Below, in pieces: positions 36,691 to 50,809 of a stretch of DNA of 64,000 nt. The stretch comes from Takakia lepidozioides. Its lineage: Eukaryota > Plantae > Bryophyta. The notes under the pieces were generated by a model that searched no databases, was not told the origin of the DNA, and saw only the letters and a program-made list of their open reading frames with translations. Position numbers and translations under genes: made by a program. Each line of letters starts with the position of its first letter. Within the stretch, counting starts at the first letter, position 1. The stretch spans positions 21,390,001-21,454,000 of the forward strand of contig CM060733.1 in assembly GCA_030704615.1 (NCBI GenBank), read 5' to 3'.

Positions 36691-38129
36691 TCTGATTCTC
36701 TTAATTAATCACAGTAGAAAGAAAAATAGATTGAAATACTTAGAATCAGATTGTTACATGTCCGATCTTTAGATGTTTAGAAAATGAAAGTGAGACTGAA
36801 TGTTGTGTGATAGATCTATGAATATATATATATATAAATTTGTTTAAGAGCATTGTGTAGTTACAAGTGACTGGTTGTATAAAAGTTAGATTTTGAATAA
36901 TTTATTATTATTTTAAATAGTAAATATGTGTTGATTTAATTTGTACAGTAATATAATTTTTAATGATTTTTAATGATTCTAGGTTGCCTAAAAAGATGAA
37001 AACTAAAAATAACTAAAACAATTCTAAAAATATGAAGATAAACTATTAAATCTTTTATTGCTATGTGCAACTCGTTCTTCCACTTAAGTCTAGAAGTGGT
37101 CTAGCATCCTTCTATCTTTTGTTTATGATGGAAAAATGCTTTGGGAGTTCTTTCAGAGATAGAAATGGAAGCAGAGAGGACTTTGACTACATTCGGTAAT
37201 TAGGTTACCTTCCAACAAAAATTATGAGAGCGGGAAAAGTTCTTCCCAGAAATACGATATGAGGCAGAAGAGGGTTTCAGATGCTAGGTTGGTAAATCTA
37301 ACTCCTCCTGCTCGGATAAGCACAAATTACTATGAACAGCTTTGGGATGTTCATTTTCTTGCTTGAAGAAAATGACTCGCTGTCACAGCCAGCTCACCAT
37401 TGTGCCTACTTCTTCCATCAAGCTAGTTCGTCCTGCCAGGAAGGGCATTTTGTCCATACAACCAGGGCATGGTCTTATTGAAGCCCCAGGTAACTCTATA
37501 GCAAAGGCAATTTGTTAGCCATCAGCAGGAATAGCATGCTGTGTTAGCCTCATTTTATCCAGGGTCACGGAAAGTGTACCTCAAGTTTTCTGGTCTCACC
37601 AGGAACAGAGACTGAGCTGAGAAGGCATTAGTCCTGCAGCAGGGTGACTTGATTGCATCCTAGACTACCACTGAAGTGTGTCTCAATACATAAATGCAGC
37701 TGTGATTGGTGCCAGACTGAAGTGTGACACTTTATAGACAAATGAGTGGTGATTGGTGGTTAAACTAATTCTTCATGGATACAGATAGTTCGGGAGCTGT
37801 CCAATCTAAGAGGTCAAGGCACTGGCAGTTACGCAGCTCTATTTGATTGACTATCTTTGGATTGATGTGATGAAGATTTTCTTTCTCTATCTGTGGGTTG
37901 CAATGTGTAGATTCTAAAAGAAGATGATAACAATTGGCCAGAACCAGACAGAATTGGCCGACAAGAGCTGGAGATTGAGATGGGCAACGAGCACATCTCC
38001 TTCACTACCTCGAAGATTGGCTCTTGGCCTGCATGCAAATACCCCCTGCACAAAGATCTTAGCAGCTCCTAGTTTGAATCTTATTAGTACACATTTGATA
38101 AAATCTCTCTCTCTCTCTCTCTGCAGAGC

Positions 38130-39500
38130 TATAAGTACTCGTCTCGAGGTTGATCTGGGGTCTAGAGGTTGTTTCCACGAAGGCCAAGCTGGCTTTCGGC
38201 GAAACAGGGGCTGTGTGGATCATATCTTCACTCTAAGCCAGATTATCCAGGGAAGGAAAAAAGAAGGGAAACCCACTTATGTCTTTTTCCTGGATGTCAA
38301 AAAGGCTTATGACACAGTGTGGAGAGATGGCCTATGGTTCCGCCTCTGGTCTTGTGGGATCAAGGGAAAGATGTGGAGAGTTGTCCACAACTTGTATGCT
38401 CACACCAAAAGCTGTGTCACTGTTAACGGACAGAAGTCCAAACTTCTTTGACATAGACCAAGGTGTAGCTCAAGGATGTACTCTCTCCCCTCTACTCTTC
38501 AATGTTTTCATCAATCAACTCCTCGAGGATGTGGAAAGTGAGGGATTTGGGTTAAGGGTGGGTGATACCACCATACCAGCCCTTATGTTTGCGGATGACT
38601 TCGCAGGCATAGGGGAGACTCCAACCAATCTCTAGGAATTGATTGATTGCGCGAAGAGATACTTTGATCTTTGGGGGCTAGAGGCTAATGTCAGCAAATG
38701 TGCAGTGGTAGCATTCAACGACAGAGGAGAGGGAGGAAGTGATCTTAAGTGGCAGTGGGGTAGCCAAGAGATCCCGGTCCCCCTTCCTACACTTACCTGG
38801 GCGTTGAGTTCTCCTCCAATTGTAATTGGGATGCACATATCCGGAAAGTTGTTCAAACTGGCAAGGGCAAAGCTCTGGGGCTCACTAAATTTTCCACTGC
38901 AGAGGGGTCACCTCTGAGGTTAAGAAACCATGCTTTGTCGCGTTTATTAGACCTGCCTTGGAGTACGGATCTGCTATATGGGTTGATAACTCCAACCAGG
39001 CTAAGTCTCTAGAATCCATTCAAGTGGGGGTGCTTAAGGAGTGTATGTCAGCATGCTCCAAAACAGCCAATGTGGCTGTTCGGGGTGAGTTTTGCATTCT
39101 GTCCTTAAGCTCCCGACGAGATGAATTCAAGGTCAGATGGTGGGGTCAGCTGCAACATATGCCCAACACCAGATATCCTAAGTTAATCGACTCTATATCT
39201 TGGAAACAGGACCGCCCTGTCAAACAGGCTAAGTCCTGGCAGAAGAGAGTAGAAGAGATCCTCAAGGACCTGGACCTGGATCCGCAAGTCTTGACCCTGC
39301 TGGATAAATCTGACTTAGAGGCTGTAGTGTCCTCAGCCATGTCTGTTGCCATGTGATTGTCTGATGAAAATGAAGTTAGGCAGAAAACTTCCCTGAACTT
39401 GTTTCCAGTCTGTGACATGGGGGAGGACATCTTGGATGACCTCAAGGTTCTACCCACTCTCGGCACTAGACTGAAATTTAAACTCAGGGCAACAGCAAAC
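38130..39500 (+). mobile_element. 5'-truncated non-LTR retrotransposon RT fragment (RTE/RTEX-like), degenerate
   Basis: EGQAGFRRNRGCVDHIFTL, FLDVKKAYDTVWRDGL, GVAQGCTLSPLLFNVFI, LMFADD, NVSKC, YTYLG; contains frameshifts and stops. Confidence 0.9.
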
Positions 39501-40353
39501 AGAAGCAGAGAGGAAAGGGAGAGTCCTCTTGTCCCACAAGCTCGTTGAGCTTCTCGCGTACGTTATAAAGTACCCATTCATTTCGTTTCATTTCCATCCT
39601 TTTACTCTTTCTTTCTCCCAAGCCTGGTGGGAGTGGTGTTGAATTGTGTCAGAAATGGGGGACAGCACTGTAGTCTTTTCTAGCATTACGTCAATAGCGG
39701 TCCTTACTCCAATCCTCAATTCCCTGTAGCCGGAATGTGGTTAGCTGTACGGACCACCAACAGGTATCTTTGGACGAGTTTCATACACTGGCTGGGGTAG
39801 AAATCCCACAGCTGCCTACGGGACTATAGCCAACGTTCTTAAGGGAGGATCCTACGTACACTTCTCTCTTTACCTATCATCCCTCTGGAAATTGTTGCCC
39901 TCCACTGCTGCATACGGAACCCCGGAAATCTGTCTCACATCAGGGTCTCCACTCCTCCAGGCAAGCCAGTGAACTCAAAATGGTTGCACCTCTTGGAGCT
40001 TAGGCCAATTTCCCTACTCACTCACGGACAAAGGACCAGGGTGCAGATGAGCAGATCACAGTCAGACACGACCAACAGGTGAACTAAATTCTCCTATCAC
40101 AAAGACAACATGGAAATGTGCTCGCCTAAATTTTCGAAACCTGAAAAAAATCGAGCAGAGGCTTCCGTATCTTTACCTGTCTAATGTGTCCCTGAAGATA
40201 GGGGCGTCGTCATAGCCATTAGAAGCTGGATGGCCCTTTCAGCTCCATACATGATCCGCTGCAGCATTTGAAGCTTCCTGCCCGTCCACCGCAACAGGAA
40301 GGAGCCATCGCCCTCCTCAGTGCTTACCACTTTGAATGAACCGCAGCGAAGCT

Positions 40354-40380
40354 TAGGTTTAGGGTTTAGGGTTTAGGGTT
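40354..40380 (+). repeat. Short interstitial telomere-type repeat (TTTAGGG)3 or telo-box cluster
   Basis: TTAGGTTTAGGGTTTAGGGTTTAGGGTT. Confidence 0.8.
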
Positions 40381-40839
40381 ATACCCGCCTTAAACCTGGG
40401 TACTAGTCCGACAGGGATTTGAACCCACGTGGGAATGAATTCATAATACTTGAAGTCATATTAGGGGAAACTAGGAAACACATGCCCAGGGTGCACCTAT
40501 GTCAATAACTGCATGTTACTGACAGCTATACATCCACAGAATCCATCGCGTGTGAGTCCTATCCATCCATAACTCATCCACGAAAAGTAAGTTCACCTGC
40601 AAGACAATAGGAATAACGTAAGAACTTAATGGACGCGTGTGATCTGACGGTACTTTCGGCAGATTCCGGCAGCCAGGGCTCCTCCGGCGGTGTCCCTGTC
40701 AAATCCTCCCCACCCCCTCTTACCTCGGTTTCAATATTAAATACTTAAGAATCAAAGAGGCTTGCAAGCTGTGGTGGGTAGTGTGATGACAAGTTAATAG
40801 TCTTGCAGGCAGTGATCGATTCTTGATTGGAGGCTCTTC

Positions 40840-41070
40840 TAGTGTAACTGGTCCGTGTAACCCTCTTTTCTCATGTAACTCTGGTTAGTCCATTTTATAC
40901 TTAGCCAAATTTGGACAGTCAAATTTCGAGACCAAATGTGAGTTACATGTAACTCCACTCTGTGTAACCCAGTGTAACCCCAAGTGGAGTTACACACCTC
41001 GTCGTGTAACCCAGTGTAACCCCAAGTGGCTCGTCGTGTAACCCAGTGCAACCCCAAGTGGAGTTTACAC
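40840..41070. repeat. GTGTAACCCAGTGTAACCCCAAGTGG tandem repeat
   Basis: Three near-identical units at ~40962-41070, with weaker units upstream. Confidence 0.75.
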
Positions 41071-41628
41071 TCCTCGAGTTCCATGTCACTCTCAAGACAG
41101 GGTGGGGAAGATTTGACATGCCGGAAACCGGCGTACCATCCTGTGTCAGAGGTTACACTTGTGCATTAAGTTCTTACATTATTCCTATTATCTTCCCAGG
41201 AAATTAGGGTATGCTGAGTTTCCGTCATCCAGCAGCCCTGCATCCATTCACAGGTGTATCAACTATGTTTGATACTGGCGCTCTGTTGATGGATGACTAG
41301 CCAGATCGTCATCCATCCTATCTGTCATCCCTGTCGGCTCTATATATTCACTGTTGTATTCACTGTTGTCGTTACGGGGTCTGACTGGTGGAGATGCGCC
41401 ACGTGGTGAGTGTGCCACCGAGTCACGAGGGATGTGAATGAGGGTGCCAGCCCCACTTCTTGCTCGCTGCAGCTCCCGCTTCTTCCCGAGGGATCCATTC
41501 AGACCTTCAGACTGCATTCTTGTGAAGCGTACCCATGTATATCTCTGCATTGCTCTCTGCCAATCCAGAGTTTCTCTATTCCTTGGTTGCTATTTCTCTA
41601 TTTGCTCTCTGTTCCTTCTTTTGGAGAT

Positions 41629-41822
41629 CTCTGGCACAATCGAAGGACCCGTGTACTCGCAGTTTACTTCAACAGATGATGATCTTTCTTTCTTTCTAAC
41701 TGCGTCTACACCCGCTAAAATCCATCTCTCTCTGGCACAATCGAAGGACCCGTGTACAGTTTACTTCAACAGATGATGATCTTTCTTTCTTTCTAACTGC
41801 GTCTACACCCGCTAAAATCCAT
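41629..41822. repeat. ~95-bp direct tandem duplication upstream of XTH
   Basis: CTCTGGCACAATCGAAGGACCCGTGTAC...CCGCTAAAATCCAT at ~41629-41724 and ~41731-41822. Confidence 0.9.
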
Positions 41823-42017
41823 AAGACCGAGGCCTGATGAGTGCAGTTTTGAATTGTTGTTCGAAGTAAGGGACTGAATGTATCATGGAATGGAATACGT
41901 TTTGCTGCTGATCTGAGTTCTCAACTGTTGATCTTAGCCTGCGACTGCTAGATATATAACAGGTCTTTTGTTTACTGTGCCCTATTGCGCCTCACGGTGC
42001 CAACTGTATCACTGGAA

Positions 42018-44448
42018 ATGGGCACGTCTGAGGCTCTCAAGGGAAAAACAAGTGCGTTGCTGGGCCTACTGCTGGCCTGGAGTGCCATAACAAAGGTGGG
42101 TGTGGTTACAGCTCTTCCCACTAGCATTGTCCATCAAAATTTCAATGAGGTTTTCTACATCACATGGGCCAAGGACCATTTGATTGTGATGGATGGGGGA
42201 AGCGCAGTTCAACTCAATCTCGATAACGCCTCTGGTATGTTCCATGCGACTTGGATTTTGTTGGGTTTTATCTGAGTGAACAAACTTGTGCGAAATCTTA
42301 CGGGAGGTGAAGGGACGTCCTTGGCACAACTGAGAATTATAGCAATCGAACAGTCGTAATATCAATGCCAGTGGTCTAGGAGGATTGACCGCATCTGCTG
42401 TCAACTGAGCAGCCTTGGATTGTCCCGTGTGGTTTAACATGGAAGTTCTGTATAATAGATCCGAATCTACATATTATGGGCCTTCTAGAATCGGCCCTAC
42501 TTTGTCATGGCCTTTCCCATCACCGCTCAGTTCAGCGAGCAGGAAGACAATTGTGGGGTGCCCAATCTATTTAGAGCAGCATGTTTTCTAGTTCTGTTAC
42601 TGTTTGGGATTCTGAGCAAACGTTCAGCCGTGCGGTTTAACAACTCACATGTATCTTGGAGATCATTTTCAAGACAAGTTTTGATGTGATTTCTTGTTAA
42701 TTTGCAACTTGCTCGAGAGAGAGAGATACTTACTTCGATAAACAATATTTCTTGTGATCTGAATTCTCTTGAAGTAGACTGGAACGATCGTTGAAATACT
42801 CTACAATATACAACATGAGATCCTTGGATTTTAAAACCCATTGAGCTCACTGGAGAAACCGTGATTTCATGATCTTATTCTCATCTACTTCATCTGGAAT
42901 TGTATAATTTAACTTTGTTAAAATATATATGCAGCTGTCAATATGTCTGTGAAGGGTAACCTCAAATAGTTTCAATATGTTTCGAGGCATTGCCTTTGAA
43001 TGATAGGTGAATCATGCAGGGTGTGGATTCTCATCGATACAGTCATACATGTACGGTTACATAAGCATGGACTTGAAGCTGGTGCCAGGTGACTCGGCCG
43101 GCACTGTCACATCCTTCTATGTACGCACCGACCACCATTTGGATTTCTGTACATGTAACTTGTGAGCGGGTGTAAACTTTTACAAACTTCGTCTAGTTTC
43201 AATGTAGTACTGCGGCACTCCGGGATCCACCCTCAAGATGTGGTGCATGAATGCCTATGTTCATTACTATAGTATTGTTTGTGCACAGGCGTGTTTAAAT
43301 AAAAGACTGACTCGTCAGATACAGTGTTGTACACAGTTCTTGGTTGTTGAAAACGCAACCGATGCATTTCACCTGGTCGGCTACGTGTGAAGATGAATTA
43401 GTCCTTTCCATGTAGATGATTGATCGAGTTTAATAGTTTTGTAATAATATCAATATGTACATACAGTTATGTTGGATATCGTCATGCAGCTCTCATCAGG
43501 CATATCCAGACATGATGAACTCGACTTTGAATTTCTTGGCAACACTCAAGGGGAACATTACATACTTCAGACCAACGTATTTGCAAGTGGGACGGGTGGC
43601 CGGGAGCAGCGACTAAACCTTTGGTTTGACCCCACCGCGGATTTCCACACATATTCAGTCATTTGGAACATGCAACAGATTGTGTAAGCCTCAGGCCTCG
43701 TTTCACACATAGATGTGGTCAAAGACTACGTACCGTGGTGTGGAATCTCTGTGGAATCAAATTTCTGGGTAGCGCGCCGAGATGAGAGAGGCACCCATGT
43801 CTACATTTCTTACTTATATGGCCTTATAAGCTGCCTTCGCTCCTCCGGGACCCTCTCCAAGTTCCAACTAGCCTAGATAGCCCCTCCTTCTAGCAGGCTT
43901 GCCAACCGGTTGAACTCGTGACGGTCAAGCTAGACTAGTTGAATGACTATCCTCGTGAGGAGATGGCTGACCAACTACAACTCCACATATCACCAACTAA
44001 TAATCCTCACCAGCTGACGTTTTATCATGTACTTGTTGGCAGGTTTTACGTGGACTCCGTGCCAATAAGGGTGTATGCAAACGAGGAGATCATTGGCGTG
44101 CCATATCCCTCCAAGGGCCCAATGGCTGTCTACTCAACTCTCTACGACGGCTCGCAATGGGCCACCGACGGAGGAGCAACTAAAATCAACTGGACATATG
44201 CCCCCTTTATCGCTTCCTACAGAAATTTCTACATCGACGCCTGCGAGTGGGTGGGCCAAACAATTCCCCTGTGCGCTTGGGCTCAAAGTACCCTCTGGTG
44301 GGATGGACCTGATTTCCAAAGGCTCGTTGCCATCGATCAGATCAAGCTTGACTGGGTAAGGACCCAGTTTATGTTCTACGATTATTGCACAGACGGACAG
44401 CGGTATCCAATCCCTCCCCCTGAGTGTAAGAGGGTTCCTGATCAGTGA
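42018..44448 (+). CDS. XTH: Xyloglucan endotransglucosylase/hydrolase (GH16); exons 42018-42234, 43020-43120, 43490-43683, 44043-44448; 305 aa
   Basis: Signal peptide, [15 protein letters not shown], catalytic [32 protein letters not shown]-terminal YDYCTD..RYP.PPPEC. GT-AG introns with 101-bp and 194-bp internal exons; reading frame intact. Confidence 0.97.
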
Positions 44449-47400
44449 AGACCACCCCTGGAGGACCAGCTTGCGTTTGGAGTTTCAGATCTACATCTAC
44501 CCTCCGCGACATCGCCACCCTCTTCAGGAAAATTGAAATACATGCCAGCTTCCCGGGGGCAAACAACCATCCCGAGTGCAAGCCCGCTACGATTTGAACC
44601 TCTCTCTCTCTCTCTCTCTTCCTTATCTAGTGTGAAAGAATCTTCTGGCGAGTCATTGCTCTCTTCGCCTCTATGACGAGTCTGTGACTTCCTCGCTTCT
44701 CGATCTCACTAAAACAAGGACCATCACTACTTTCCACATCCACAATAAGAGCTGAGCTAAATCAAGATCCAGATTCACTTTCAGCCTAGATCTCTCACTC
44801 ACTTCTACAGGAGGGATGAGGGAGGGATCACCATCCCCTCCTCTGCCCATAAAAAGTCGCATACGCTCATACAAAATTTTCATTACCCTTTAACTTGGAC
44901 GTAGGTCCATTGTCCTCCTCAGAAGCAAGCGCTACTACTTACAGACGTTACGCATGGGTGATGATCTGAAATTGTTCAAAGCACACTACTCACCTACCAG
45001 GCTAGTGGTGAACACGACTTGACATTCTAGAATTGCTGGCAGTGTTCAGCGTTTTTCTCTGAGCTCTCTCCTTGCATCATACTGCACGTGTTGTTTTCAT
45101 TTCACCAACAAAATCCTCGGGTTTCGAGAACTTAAAGCCGCAAAGTCTCTTGGAGGGATACCCAGTAGATGAAGACTTAAGATGCACACTGCCCACTGCC
45201 AACTGCTCCTCCCGATTATTCCTCCCCTTGCCTACGAGGCTGTGCCCTCTGACAACTCCCTCTAGAAAGCAAACACCCGCGATGCGAGTGTGCCACAGCG
45301 TTATAATTAGACAGCAACAATCCCAGGAGAATTCGAGCCCGGGATCACTCACCCCTATCGAACTGGTTTGAGAGAGCGCCAAAGGGTCGATAAGATTAGA
45401 AGGTCGATAAAGGCAATTGCCCGAGTATGAGCCGTGTAGGAGGGGGGTGGAGCCAATGGCAGCGGGGCATATCCCGAATTAGCTCACCGTCTAAGACCCT
45501 CAAGCGGGTGCGTGGGATTGATGGTGGGCTAATAAACGGAAGCACTTGCGGTCGTGAGGCGAGCGTGGGCCCCCGCGTACGCGCTTTCACAATGGCGAGC
45601 GCTGTCGCACATTTCCAAACACAAACCGCCTCTCCAACAGTGACACTGTGCGAGAGCGAGAGGGAGTGAATGCGAGAGTTGCACATATATGTATATATAC
45701 GCTAGCCCAGGCTTTCAGATTTTGTAAGGAACTGGGTCAGCTGGGCTTGGTGGTCGTGTCCACCTGCTGCATGACAAGGATGGTGTGAGATACGGGTCGG
45801 CTGAGCGCAGTAGATCAGCCGAAGAATCTGAAGGGCCATTTTGGGTTGAATGCAAGTTTGTTTCTTGCTCTTAGCTGGGTTCAAAGCTTTTCGGCAAGGC
45901 AAGGTGGAAGATTTCGTTGGAACCCATCGCTCGGGAGTGTCTGTTCCAAGGTTGTGGTAAATTTTGTCTGTGCCACCCGCAACCAGGAAGGCTCATTTGC
46001 AGAAATTTCTGGGCGCAGCTTATATGAGTCACTCTTGCTTGACAAGGGCAGCGGTCATATGAAGGGATGATTATGAAGTTGAATGGGGTGAAGACCAAGG
46101 TGCTTAACAACATGAGGATTCTGAAGCTGCAGGTAAGCAATCCTTCTCATTGTTTGAAAGCCGGCCTGTATCTCATTCGTTTTAGACATGGACAAGGAGT
46201 TCATGTTGGATTGGGTTTTTTCTTGCAGAGCAGGTGGCACATTTGAGGGCGTTTAAGATCCTGGAGTCCGTCTAAGCTTCGCAAGCTGCGATGGGCAGCA
46301 CTGGAGGAGACGACCCACTGCTCTTGTACTGGTACCAAGCTAATTTTGTCAAACCACCTTGGAAGCTCATTTCGAGGTGGTCAATTAGAGATAGATGTGA
46401 AGGACGGGTTCGTTCCAGTCGGGAATCGAAACTGTGCGGTTTGGCTCCAAGGCAGCGTCCAGCTGAATTTCGTCAAAGGTCTTTGACTATGAAAGCACTC
46501 GTCTTCTGCTTAGGGCGAATAAATTTTCCCATGCCACTTGAGGTCCAAAATCTTACGCGCACGGCTTAGGATGAAAGGGAATGGCAAGCAATAAGGAGAA
46601 GCTGAAAGAATTTGTGGCCATGCCATTGCACGTGACTTGGCCACAAATTCTTCCAGAGAAGCTCTTCAATAGCGTTGGGACCATAATTTAGATGCAGTAC
46701 AACATCCAAGATCATGTGCACGCAAACAATATCAAGCAGTGCACAATCCAAGATTAACATTAGACCTGTAATTGGTGCAGTTACACCTTCACTAGGATTG
46801 ACTTATGGACCTCTTGGACTTGTTGTGGCATCTGCTAGGTGCAGTATGCTACATCATCTTCAGACCCTCTGTCAAGATAATCCTGTTAGGAGGTGAGCCA
46901 CCAATGTGGCCCGATTACAGCTCTGTGTTAGAAGAGACGTCGTTTCATGCAGTATTTAATCCAAGATATAGAATTGTATCGGCAATAGCATGTAAGCTAT
47001 TGACTTTTCGAGTGCAGTACTAATCCCAAGATATGCAAGAAGCTGGAATCTATTGACAGCTTCTGTAGTTACAACTGATACTAGTTGGTTCAGTCCATGT
47101 TATCAAGGAGTTCTTCTCCAAAAACACTTCATGGCAACTTTCCAAGATTGTCTTTCTTGTTTGAATGGGAATTCATCTTGTCCAGTGGTTACAAATTCAA
47201 AGTTCAGTGGCTGCATACGATGTCGAGTGTGATATATCCTAGGTAGACTAGGAATCCGTTTGAATTCATGCCTTTCCAGCAGGGTAGACTTGGAGTCGTT
47301 CCACAGGAAACACGAACATACGCCACAGTTCCCGGTCGGCCAAACGAGTTTCTTGCACTAAAATCAATTGAGGGGATAAAATTTAGTGCTGGGGCTATGA

Positions 47401-49570
47401 TTGTTATATATTCTCCTGGATGACGGCCGAAAACCGACTGCGATCGACTCAACGTTAGATAAATATTGCCGCTCGAGAGATATTCAGCTTTTGAGTAGAG
47501 CTTGAGAAATTCCGCTTATCTCCGCTAGTGTTGGAGGGAAGTGCGCGTGTGCCACCAGGAGAATCGACAAGATCTTTGACAGGTTGATATCGTCCAGAGA
47601 CTTTGTTGAAATCGGAACAATATATTTCTTAGACTCCTCGGTTTTCGAACTGTGCATGGGGCTCAGTAATGACACCCGTTGCGACTTCATCTGGGTAATC
47701 TTCTTCTTCATCTAGTCATCTATCTCATCATTCATCTCCTCATTTTATAATAGGATACTGCATGAACAGTTGATGGCGGCTCCCTGTTCTAGGTGTCGGA
47801 CTCCCTGTCTGTTTGCCTGTCCACCTTTAATTATGTAGGCATCTTTCATGTGAGACCGTCGCATGATGTTATTGCCGTTTTGAGCTCCTCTCGTAGCCCC
47901 GAAACGGTTTCCGATGTCTGGCATCGATCCGTTGGCCACCCACTAAACAGGAACTTGGAATTTAGTTCATGGGATTCTCAGTTATGAGGTTTTGTTTGTA
48001 TGTACGAGATTGGAGCAAAGAACACGTGATTGGCGTGATAATGTGCATGTCAGTGTTGGACTATTTTTGGTTCCAACTTCGATGCCCACTTAATTGATAG
48101 TTGCTCCCCTGCCAAATTCTAGGGGGTCAACTTCGCACGAACTCTGCTCGGCTGCACCTGGAATGGATGTCAAGGTTCAGCTTCAGTGGGGAATCTGCAG
48201 GTTGCCCTCCAGAACTTTCATACAAGCCGATCCGGATCTATGAAGATATGTTTTTCGGACATTGCGCATCCAATATATGGCCCCCTTACACCTTAACGCC
48301 AAGTACTTTAACGAACAACAGCGAAACCAAGAAAACAGAAGACGCCAGCTTTGACTAACTTATGTGCTGCAGCCTATAAGAAAAATCTGAACCTGATTGA
48401 TAAGGAAGGAACGTTCACCATTCATCTGTACATCTGTACTGACTGTGAATGACCAAAGACTCATTGGAGAGAACCAGTAACTGCAAAGCTGGTGGGTGGA
48501 AGCAGGGTTCCGTACTCAGCACTTTTGCAGCAATGGTCACACTGCGCTAGTCTGCGTCCTCATTAGCTGCAGGTGAATCGGGAGTGCACATATTTAGCTA
48601 CTCGCCGACCTGATCGAATTAGCCGACCACCCAAATTTGGGTTCTCTGCAGTAAAGTATTTGGTTGCCTAAATTAGGCGTTGGCTGAAATATCTAAAATA
48701 ACTTGGTGGCTGGTCCAAATGGCAAGAACTCTATTAAATAGGTACACCTGACCGCATCCCCAAAACGAATTGATAACAGCTAGTTCACGTACCATCAATG
48801 AACTGGTTTCTCTCATCTGAGGCTGAAGCATTGGCTCATGGAGTATGGTCATTCAGGCAGAAGAGGATGCATATGCACGCCTATAGGGTGCCCTCAGCCT
48901 GCTTACCGCTGCAACAACGATCTGTGATTCACTTCTTCTTGCTGGTTGCAGCATAGACCACAGCTGAATTCAAGTGGTGAGTCCCATCGAATGGAACTAA
49001 CTTTGATTTGTCCTGATATCTCCTCGTGAAACATCCTTAGGAAAGTATGTCACACCTACCTTGAACCAGGAATGGCAATGTGCATATATGTACATATGAC
49101 AGATATAGACTTCATTACCAAGACATGACAAGGACGGGGCGGAGCAGATTGGGGGCAGTGTTTGTCTTTTTCCTTTCTTTTCGAGACAATGGGACATTTG
49201 TGATTGTTACATACTTTTCATTGACCAGACTATTAAGTTACTACCACTTCCTTTGTCAAGCACTGGCAACAGATTACTCTATTCACTTCTTAAGAGTGAG
49301 CAATTAAGTGTGAAGATTATAGTCTAGACACAAATTCTGCCCTTTCCCCAGAGTCACCTCTGAAAAATACTTCAGCAACCCTGCGATGTAACAGAGGATG
49401 ACCATGATCTCCTCAACCAAAACTGTGTCAGGGTGGATCCATCTCAAATGCCATAATTTCTTCAAAACAGCCGAGCTGTAGCAACTTGGTTGGGAAAGAT
49501 TCATCCAATAACACAAAATTGCCAGAATAACCTGGGCAATCCCCAAGTCGATTAGTGTCTTTTCCTGAGA

Positions 49571-50809
49571 CTATGGAGGAACTGAAGAAAGTACAGAACG
49601 ACTGATGATGGCAGTGGCTTCGATGTAACATTCCACACACCTTGAAATACAGCTACTCTCCCCTCCACTCATGCTGGTGCTGGGTTTTGTCACACACTTT
49701 GTAAAACATTTCTCCTTGACAGTCGGAAATTCATTCACAAAAAAGCGTTTAGAATGACCAACATGTTTCTTCACCAAGAAATAGGTTTTGAAGGTTACAA
49801 GTTACAACAATTCCACCTTACAAATCAAATGCCATCCAAATCGAGGTCGATCGTACATTCTTAAACATGGAGGTAGGAGAGTACATCGGTATGTTCAACA
49901 GTTTCACAGCCGACTAGTAGGTCAGTAGTTCCTAAGAAAGAAATCGGCAGAAAAAATCTCCCCCAGAAAGTGAAAAGAATGCATGTGACATGAGAAGTGA
50001 AAAATGAGTTCTAACATAGCGCTACCATAATTTCCAAAACCCATATACCTAGCAGATTCATTGACTGAACACTTTTTCACTACCCAAGGGTCGTTCTTGA
50101 ATCTTACATTGAAGAAACATAAGACCAGCTTCAAAACCCAAATCTACAGTCCAGGCAGTTTGCTCATGGTGTGCATCAAATGCTCATTCAGGTCGACTTT
50201 TAAGTCTTTTTTGTAAATTCGTTGCAATTTAGTAATCTGCATCCAACCCCTTCAGTAAGACACTGGCAAGCAGGCCTACAAGATGGACAAAATATGAAGT
50301 TCACTGTTTAATATACACCTAATCCTGCAACCATGAGATTTTCTGAGATTTCTAAAAGTTGCAGTGTTCACTACCTTTGGAGACGACAAGCTTATTAGCC
50401 AAATCCGAATTACCATGCCTCCGCTGGGGGCCTGGCGTGACCTCACAAGGTGGCAAGTGGATAAAACCCAGAAAATCCAATTTGCACAACGACCTAACTA
50501 TTGGCCTCTGCCTTGGAAGGTACGTGCAAGGATGGATGGAAGACCTCAAAGATGAGGAAAACACACCATGATGGAGACAGTACTAAGCCAACCCAGAGAG
50601 ACACATAGATGAAGATATTGATCACTTGTAACGACAAACGAAAACATTCGCACACCGAGAGATAGAGACAGAGACAAAGAGAAGCGTGGAAGGCATACCC
50701 CAAAGAACTCCTCGGCAAAAGCTTGTGCAAGCTGTTTCTTCATTTCTTTCATCAGCTCCACATTAGAGGGCCCTTGCTCTGATCCCGATGGTGACGCAAA
50801 AGGATCCAT
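49571..50809 (-). CDS. TIM13: Mitochondrial small Tim chaperone TIM13 (exons 50809-50699 and ~49723-49571); acceptor site defective, possible pseudogene
   Basis: QLAQAFAEEFF|TVKEKCFTKCVTKPSTSMSGGESSCISRCVECYIEATAIISRS carries the twin CX3C motif. The GT donor is intact, but the expected acceptor reads TTTCCG instead of TTTCAG. Confidence 0.8.

Noticed and set aside
40354-40380. True telomere or chromosome fusion site
   Set aside because: Only about three units; telo-box or interstitial size.
40402-40460. tRNA-like 3' half on the minus strand (GTGGGTTCAAATCCC), with a similar B-box at ~10936
   Set aside because: No D-arm or acceptor-stem partner; at most a decayed tRNA or SINE remnant.
45700-48400. 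Exon-like fragments with GT-AG boundaries
   Set aside because: Multiple stops and no recognisable protein motif.
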